From assembly GCA_964106915.2 (NCBI GenBank), contig OZ066919.1: a stretch of DNA of 64,000 bases, one strand, 5' to 3'. Positions 56,301 through 64,000 of the stretch are shown here, piece by piece. This DNA is from Podarcis gaigeae. Its lineage: Eukaryota. Under the pieces are notes generated by a model, which saw nothing but the letters and a program-made list of their open reading frames with translations, was not told the origin of the DNA and did no database searches. Position 1 is the first letter of the stretch. Every line of letters starts with the position of its first letter. Position numbers and translations under genes: made by a program.

Positions 56301-59300
56301 ACTTGATTGTAAGAAAATGTTTAGGCAGTCTGTATATTTCCAATAAAGTATTTGGGTCTCCACTGAATCCCTGTTTGTGAAAACGGCTCCCAATGTCTCA
56401 CCCATGTTAACATAGCTTGAAACCAAGTTGACAGACACAGTGAAGTCTAGAATCTTTGCAGGGCAGGGAAAGAAATTCAGCAGGAGTTTCATTAGCTAGC
56501 AGACATGTGGCACAACTCTGCCACTCAACAGGTACTAAACTCGTTACTCCATCTCACCACTTAAACCTCTTAACAGTGAGGAAATCTCGTAAAACGATAG
56601 TGGAAACCAAAGTTTGTCTCAAAAATGTGAAAATCTTTTGAAAGCCTTCATTCTTGAACTAAAAAGCACACATAGTAGTTTGGGTGCAGAATTTTCTTTT
56701 TTGTTTGATTGTATAGTCCTGTTCCAACGTACAAAGCTCACCCTCTTGCCTCCCAGAATTGAGATTAAATGTTCCAGCACTGTCCCTTGTGCATATTTAG
56801 CTTTGCACTACAATGGCATTTAGGGGCTAGATCATGCTGTAACTAAAAGCAACTATGCAGGGTAAATTGCCACCAAAACGCAACCCAAACACTTCAGTGT
56901 AAAGTTTAGTCTCAGCGCAGTTTGACCAAATTGTTTTTATTAAGAATGCAGATTTGAACCTCTTGCTAAAGCAGCCAAGGGACAATGCGTACCATTAATT
57001 GAAGAGCCCTTAAAAAGCAAACTCAAGCATCACCAGAGGAAAATCTGATGGAGCCAACTACAACTTACCTCCTTCATGTGGAAACATTGCAACAAACCTG
57101 TCACAACTCACTATCCCCCTGAATGTATGATGCACGATATTCAGACAGCTTCTACTGTCAAGTCTCAAGCCACCTATAAGCTTCCCCAGAATCCTTGATT
57201 CAGAAAAGCAGTTTTGATTAGATTTGCAGCCAAGAGAGACATTTGCAGAGCCTTACAGCTCTGTTCTAAAAAAAACCCAAGTTAATTCATGCCAAGGTAA
57301 TGCAACCTGCCTAGCAAGCGTCAATTATGTTCTCAAGCTGGACAGACAATGCACAGCCACAGTCAAGACACATGCAAGAGAACAGAAAAGTAGCCACACA
57401 AAGCATAACATGCAATGCAGCCCTCACAGGCAAATTTTACTGTAGAAATTTTGAGTAGAAATTCCTCCATGCAGTTTTGAACATTGTCCCATTCCCAGCA
57501 GGCACCTTCTCCCCGCCCCCCAAGCAGCTACTTGTCCTCTCCTCTTGCGAAACCTTGGCATCCGATATTTGTAGCACAATCTCAAACCAGAATCTCAAAT
57601 CCAACACATTTTAAAAGGCCATAAGAGTAGCCCAAATCTTATCGAAGGTCAGCCACTCATCCAGACAAGACATTCCGCTATACAACAAGCTTGGTGTCGT
57701 GCATGTCCTATAAGCCGCCAGTATTCTAGGCTTACAGGTTCAATTCCTTGAACTTCAATTTGCATTGTGGTTTCTGATCATCATAGTTTCGCAGGCCCTC
57801 TTCTGGAAGCTCCATGGTGTAGCCTTCAAGGAAGGGTTTCTGAACTTAACTAGTGATCAGCCTCCTTGCTTCCTGGTCCCCACTTTCAATGGATTTCTCT
57901 TACGCCACTAGCTGCCTTCCCTCTAGCTAGTTCTGCCTCAATATTTAAAACACTACCCGGAACTCTAGCTCCTTCTCGTCCACCAATCAAATACCTGGAG
58001 CAGAAGCAAATGCACAAAGGTTTTCAGAAAGACTACTGCTGTAATCCTTGCTGAGGTTAACTCTGTTCAGGAGCAAGAAGGGGGGTTAAAAGACAAAATG
58101 GTTTTGAAAACACCATGCAGTTCTTCCAAATACTTGGAATCCTCAAGCTGCTGTTACCCTTAGAAGACAGCAGGTGTGGCTCTGATGACAAGTCAGGCTC
58201 TGAAACTGGCTGAGGAGACGAAGAAGAGCTAGGACTGGAAGCAGCTGCTGATGCTGGAGGGCTTACCAGTTTCTCTAAAAGAAAGACAGGAGGGGAAAAG
58301 ACAAAGCAAAGAGGGAGAGACCAATAAGACACAAGGCACTAGAGTTATCCAGGTGAGTTGGGAAAGAAAGATGGCTCAAGATCTGTGTGTGTTCTTACAG
58401 TTTTGAGACTGGGGAGAATTTAACCAGGAACAAAACAGATATTGGTACCAGAAGAACATTCTGCATCACACAATTTAAGCATCAGCCTATCAATGCCTTT
58501 AAATAACTTACATTGCTAATAAGCACCTAAAATGGAAGCAACTGTTCAAACATACTGCCTTGGATTCCTCCTCTCCAATTTTCAGCTGATAAATAGAAAG
58601 CAGTTAAGCTGGAAACTTAACTGCTGAAAAAAATATATATAGTAAAGAGTTCTTAAAACCCGGTACAGTTTCTTCTCACTCGCTGTGATCAGATGACACC
58701 CTTACTCTCATTTTACAGCTGAGGAATCACAAGGAGTTTATGAATGAGCTGGGATTAGTCCAAAGGTAGCAGCTCTGACCCAGGTTTGGTCTGTTGCACC
58801 ACAGCATGAATGGCCTTTCCCAAGGTGGAGGACTCCTACAAGATTCAATTCATAAAGCTAGTTTGTTTCTAGTCAGCAGCTAAAGCAAAGAAATCAAGCT
58901 TAATTCCAGTAAGACATGGGCTGCTGAAAATATACGTCTTCAGTTTAGTCCTCACTGCAGGTGGTAAACAAATGTCTGGGCTGTCCACTTTAGACAGCAG
59001 GAGGAGGCTCACATGATGGAATTCTTCCCAACAGGAAGAAAAACAAAACAAAAACATTCGAAGCCTCTCTCCAATCAATACAGAAGTCTCCTCCATGCTG
59101 GAAACTGAACCGCATTCCCTGCGAGTCTCCAGCTGCAATCTGGAGTGGTACAGCCCAGGCAAACATATCAGTTTATTATTACAGTACTCACCTAAACCAA
59201 GGGAAGCTGCATACTGCTGGCTAATTAAAGAGCTGGCAGCAAGTTGGCTGTAGGGCGGCATACCTCGGAAGGGACTGTAAGGCACGTGTGGCTGAAAGGA

Positions 59301-60262
59301 GGGTGCTGAGGCAGAGCTCAGAGAAGACTACAAAATGAGAGAACACCATATTATATTATATTATTAAATTTGTACACCACCCTATACCCACAAGTCACAG
59401 GCTGACAGGATAAAAACACAATATGAAAAAACAAAACAAAATACATAAATGCAAACAAAAACAACTCAATAACCCCCCTACCCCACACCCACAAACAAAA
59501 AAAAATATTAAAAGGGCATTGAGTGTCAATCAACCAAAGGACTGGTTAAAGAGGAATGTTTTTTGCCTGGTGCCTAAAAGTGTATAATGAAGGCACCAGG
59601 CGAACCTCCCTGGGGAGTGCATAAAGCTATGCTTCTAAAGTTAAAGGCTGCAAAATGAAGATGGACAGGAGGTAGAAAAATATTCAATGCTAGCACAGTT
59701 GTTTTTTAACTTTCAGAATGTTTAGCATCACTACTACAAAATAGCACAGGTCCTTGTAGGTTAACAGCTACAATGCACAGGTTGTCAGCAAACAAAGCCA
59801 GACAAAGGCGGGGATGGGACAGAATTGACTGCTACACTATCATACCTTTTGGGTGGGGGGGGGGGGAGAGCTAGCATGTGCGAAGGAATGAACACTCTTA
59901 ATATAGGGGGAACAGCCTAACTCGAATCTAAGAAATGGCAGAAGGGCTGTCATGCTTGTCTGCTGTACCAAACAAACAGAACAATCTTGTGACATCTTAC
60001 AAGACTAAAAAATCCAATAGTGATAATTCAATTAAGAGGGGTGTCAAGCTCAACTGCTGGATGAAGCCACCACTGGTGTTTCAGATGAAATAACTTACCT
60101 GGACAATAGCAGGATCCTGGGGGAGATTATGCTGCGCTTTTGGAGGCTCACATACAGTGATATCTTTAATATCACTACCTCGAAAGATGATATATTCATA
60201 AACTTCTTCCCTTGGAGGGGCAGGACGGTCTGTGGGACGATCTTCAGTTCCAAAGGAGCGCA
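53163..60262 (-). CDS. LSM14B: LSM14B (RAP55B) mRNA-processing/P-body protein, exon 2 onward; join complement(53163..53334,53824..53977,54112..54273,54915..54992,55133..55300,[58158..58274 cassette],59192..59327,60099..60262); exon 1 lies beyond 64000
   Basis: LSm domain end ([37 protein letters not shown]), FDF ([15 protein letters not shown]), FFD ([13 protein letters not shown]), TFG ([11 protein letters not shown]) and RGG tail ending GTGRV*. All junctions are in phase. Confidence 0.96.
53371..53555. mobile_element. Tc1/mariner-type MITE, family A (internally shortened)
   Basis: TA-CAGTGGTACATC ... AAGTACCACTG-TA. Confidence 0.88.
53824..53977 (-). CDS. LSM14B: LSM14B exon (154 nt) with FFD box
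   Basis: ttttccag| acceptor, AAG|gttggt donor. Confidence 0.93.
54112..54273 (-). CDS. LSM14B: LSM14B exon (162 nt) with FDF motif
   Basis: cttttcag| acceptor, AAG|gtttga donor. Confidence 0.94.
54915..54992 (-). CDS. LSM14B: LSM14B exon (78 nt) [26 protein letters not shown]
   Basis: gccttag| acceptor, |gtatgt donor. Confidence 0.92.
55133..55300 (-). CDS. LSM14B: LSM14B exon (168 nt) [23 protein letters not shown]...KTS
   Basis: ccccacag| acceptor, |gtacag donor. Confidence 0.92.
58158..58274 (-). CDS. LSM14B: LSM14B probable alternative cassette exon (117 nt) [39 protein letters not shown]
   Basis: Long pyrimidine tract ending ttttag|, donor AAGG|gtaaca; symmetric phase 1-1; open frame; Ser/Pro-rich. 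Confidence 0.8.
59192..59327 (-). CDS. LSM14B: LSM14B exon 3 (136 nt) [20 protein letters not shown]...SLGL
   Basis: ttttgtag| acceptor, |gtgagt donor. Confidence 0.94.
60099..60262 (-). CDS. LSM14B: LSM14B exon 2 (164 nt)
   Basis: ttcaaag| acceptor, CAG|gtaagt donor. Confidence 0.95.
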
Positions 60263-60974
60263 CTTTGAACATTAAAGAAAAAGTACTAATGTTAATACTT
60301 GGAAGACAACAGGCCATTTTATATTGCCTTTATGAAACGCATTTGATAGCAGGGTCTCCCCTGATCTGCTTGAACTACAATTCTGAGGACTGGAGCTGGG
60401 ACGTCTGTTCTGACCTTGCCTGCTACATCCTAATTTGTCCAAGGGGCAAGCTCTCTTCCCTCCAACAATTACAGTGCAAGCAGCTCTTGGTACTTGTGGT
60501 GGCTGATGCTGAAAACCACCTCCTGACTCCCCCTTGTTTGCACTGCATTATAGAGCAGGACCACAAACTGGCTGTTGCAAAACTATTACAGAGGAATAGA
60601 TGGAAGTCCTCTGAATATGCAACTACTATTCCTCCAATACCCACTCTTTATCAGTATCTTTTTCACTCCAGGCAAAGACATTTCTCCCCCCCCCCCTCCA
60701 GGCCTTTTAATCCTGATGAGGCATTTTATTACTTTGAATTCTGATCTATTGAGTGTTAATTCATTGTGTATTTGTTAGCTTTCCAAAATATGAATCACTC
60801 AGAAATACTGGAAAGGAGATCGGTCTTTAGTATCAAGGACAACAACATTTGTCAAGGTTCTAGAACACAAATGGGGAACCTTCAGATGTTTGCAGGCTCC
60901 CAACAGCTCCAAGCAGACTGGTCAATGGCCAGGACAGCAGCCCACAAATTTCTGAAAGGCCACAGGTTCCCCAA

Positions 60975-61310
60975 CCCTGTATACCTGAAGGAGCATCTCC
61001 ACCCCCATTGTTCAGTGCCTGAGATCCAGCACTGAGGGCGTTCTGGTGGTTACCTCATTGCAAGAAGGTTACAGGGAACCAGACAGAGGGCCTTCTCAGT
61101 AGTGGTGCCCACCCTGTGGAATGCCCTCCCATCAGATGTCAAGGAAATAAGCAGTTAGCCTATTTTTAAAAGACACCTGAAAGCAGCCCTGTTTTGGGAA
61201 GTTTTTAATATTTAATGCTGTATTGTTTTTAACACTCGATTGGGAGCAGCCCAGAGTGGCTGGAAAACTCTACCAGATGGGCAGGTATAAATAATAAATT
61301 ATATTATTAT
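60975..61310 (+). mobile_element. L2 LINE 3' fragment
   Basis: PVYLKEHLHPH..RAFSVVVPTLWNALP; same family as 604-1027. Confidence 0.8.
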
Positions 61311-62329
61311 ATAACCCCATTGTGTTTGCTTTGTATAAGCAAGTTTGGCTCAGCAATTTAGTCAAATTGAGTCCACATTTCAATGCACAGGATTTGTGTT
61401 CCCCAGTAATTTGTAGAGCAGTAATGAGACCATACCACAGGGTTAAAAGGAAGTTCAGTTAAGAGGCAGGAAAGGGGGGACGGACAGAAAGCATTAACAG
61501 AGTCGTACAAGACATCTATCACTTCATTCTCCCTTAAATTCAAGCTTCTCCCATCTCAGCAGAAAGGGCACAGGAATATAAAAGTTGTGTTGGTAAGTCC
61601 ATGAGGTCACAATGATTTAAAGGAAGCAAAGGGTAATTTTTTTAAAAAAGTCTCTCAAGCAGCCAAGAGAAAGAACAGTTACTCTAGAACAGTTGTCCTC
61701 AAACCAGACCTTCAAAAATGCCAGAGGGTTGTTGCATGAACACATTTGTGAACCCAACCAATAATGTTTTACACATGTTTTAATAGTACCAAGTTTCCCT
61801 TTTACAGATCAGTTACATTTATGTTGGAGTGAGCTGAATAAAATCAGCATTTTCCAGATAGTTGTGTTAAGCTTCCGATGCAGCTATTGGCAGGCTTCCC
61901 ATTTACATAAATATGATGCTGCGAACAGGATTAAGGCTGTCAGAGCTCTATTTACATGTTCATGATACTCCTCACTATACCACCCAGAACTATGCACGAG
62001 TCTTCTAACTAAGCCAATACTGGGCAGTCTTCTTCCCACTTCAACTTACTGAGAAAGAATCCCTTTTTTGGGAGACAGTGAGAACTTGGTTTCTATATCC
62101 TTAGCTGCAAAGCTGAGAACTGAGACTGGAGCCTCAGAGATAGAAGAGGTGTGTTTTTGCTTGGCTACTGGTGATCAGAGAACAAGGCAGCACAGTAGCA
62201 ACTGCAGCAAGGACTAAATGATTCAATCGGAGAAAACAAGAAAGTAAAGGTAGCTGTGTTGCCAACAATAAAATCTCCAAACTATTAAGGGGAAACCTTT
62301 GTATTTAGCAGCTTCTGGGAGCTCCTGAC

Positions 62330-63546
62330 AAGGACTTATAAACAGGGTCGTTTGTGAGGATGACCCAGATTGCAGTATTGCGCTGTCTGTAGGACCAAGA
62401 GACATGGATGGTGGAGAAGCTGCTGCAGCGACCTGCCATGTTTGTCTTCCTGCCCAAGAATGTGCAAAATAATTACACCTGCAGCAAGTGCAAGCTTAGA
62501 GCAGAGTAGACAGTCATGGAACAGTGACACAGATGGGGTGCCCCCAGAGAGGAGGAAGATTGTGCACTGCAGGAGACAAACCCCTGGAGGAACATGACAC
62601 ACAGAAGCAGGACTTGTCAGGAGCCATGCTGTGCCACTGGAGCTGCAAAATTGATTCCATGCCCTCACCTCGGACAGATTCTGGGCCAGAGGAGCAAGGA
62701 TAGCAGTTGCAGAACTCAGAATACACCGAAGGTGGCTGTGGAAGATACAGCATACAGAACCATTCCTGCCTCTCCTCAGAGTAGGTAGAGACCTGTGGTA
62801 GTAAGTGACTCCATACTGCGGAGGACAGAGGCAGCAGTGTGTGGAGGAAACAGGACGTCACAGGAGGTGTCCTGTCTTCCGGGGGCAAAGATTCATGTGA
62901 CTGAAGTTGCCAAGTGTTATAAAGCCCACTGACCATAACTTCTTCCTTCCGATTCTTGTGGATACAAACGATATTGCCGGACACAGCCTTTGACGTAAAC
63001 CAAGGAACTATGAGACTGAACAGGAAGCTGAAATGCCTTAAGAGTACAGTGTGATATGGGGGGGGGGGTCTAATGTTATTTTAGGCAGCTTCAGATCAAG
63101 GGAAGTACCAGTACTTAGTCCTGCTCTCTTCTTTCTTGGTCGGACCACACTGTGTCCAGTTCTGGGCTCCACAATTTAAGGATATTGACAAGCTAGAACT
63201 TGTGCAGAGGAGAGAACTACCAAGATGATGAAGGGTCTTGAAACCAAGCCTTATGAGGAATGGGTATGTTTAGCTTGAACAGGAAACAGGATATAACCAT
63301 CTTCAAATATCTAAAGGGCTGTCACATGGAGCATGCTTGTTTTCTCCTGTTCCAGAACCCAAACCAATGTCTTCCAAGATACCAGGCTATTTCAACCAAA
63401 CATCAGGAAGAACTTTCTGATGGTATGAGCTGCTTGACAGTGGAACGGACTCCCTTGGAAGATGGAAGACTTTCCTTCAATGGAGGTTTTTAAGCAGAAA
63501 TTGGATGGCCATTTGTCATGGATGCTATGGTCGAGATTCCTGCATG
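62330..63546 (+). mobile_element. CR1 LINE with ORF1 relic joined to the ORF2 3' end
   Basis: MFVFLPKNVQNNYTCSKCKL, VVVSDSILRRTE..SCLPGAKIH and ILVDTNDIA (ORF1), then CVQFWAPQF..IDKLELVQRR and the 3' UTR. Confidence 0.78.
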
Positions 63547-64000
63547 AAGTTCACTGGGTGACCTAGGGCTGGTCACACACAGCCTAGTGGATGTCACAGA
63601 GTTTCTTGTTTGTCTTTTTGAAGATAAGAAATAAAAGTCAGCACCATTCCGAGCTTCTTAAAAAACAACAAGATGAAAATGTTGGTGCATAATTCTCTGC
63701 CGGCTGCCAATGGTATTATTGATATAGGAATTAAAAATATGAGCAGGGGCATATGTGAAGTATAAAATTTCTTTACTACCGTAAGTATAGATCAAGAAAT
63801 GCTATATTTGTGTAGGCCCAAAATAAAGTCTGCTCAAGAGATTATGTTGGTATCAAGGATCCATTTATTTACACCAACTTATATTGGTAAGTATGTTTTG
63901 TTCTGTCAAGTGTTGTGTTTCTCTGTTTCTCAATGCTAGAAACTCAGATATACAATCTAATCACCAAATGGCACCTTTAACCTAGATTACAGCTGCCACA

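Noticed and set aside
58869-59285. 138-aa ORF extending LSM14B exon 3
   Set aside because: Read-through past a strong GTGAGT donor into intron; only 59192-59327 is supported.
60232-60744. Longest ORF in the track (170 aa, +)
   Set aside because: Non-ATG start, antisense to LSM14B exon 2 and intron 1, no homology or coding-like composition.
62514-62984. 156-aa minus-strand ORF
   Set aside because: Antisense frame of the CR1 ORF1 relic.

Overview
Eukaryotic (vertebrate) genomic DNA, most likely a squamate and probably a lacertid lizard, judged from Sauria-type SINEs, a BovB tail and abundant young-looking L2/CR1 copies. The window holds the conserved four-gene block MTG2(-, 5' part) - SS18L1/CREST(-, complete, 11 coding exons, 402 aa) - PSMA7(+, complete, 7 coding exons, 249 aa) - LSM14B(-, all coding exons except the first). 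This is the same order and relative orientation as the human 20q13.33 block, read in reverse. I reconstructed every exon by hand, with splice dinucleotides and reading-frame phase checked. SS18L1 and PSMA7 share a head-to-head CpG-island promoter, and MTG2 has its own CpG island. Introns are dense with SINEs, CR1/L2/L1/BovB fragments and TA-targeting MITEs, several nested with visible target-site duplications (TSDs). There is one N gap (52727-52855). I found no convincing new protein-coding system: nearly all listed ORFs are exon read-throughs, repeat fragments or noise. The best leads concern RNA processing: a GC-AG intron in the LSM14B 3' UTR, a frame-preserving cassette exon plus a candidate poison exon in LSM14B, a (TG)8 acceptor and an L2-coincident donor in SS18L1, and candidate alternative first and last exons. 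Repeat family names are by recognition, not database search.
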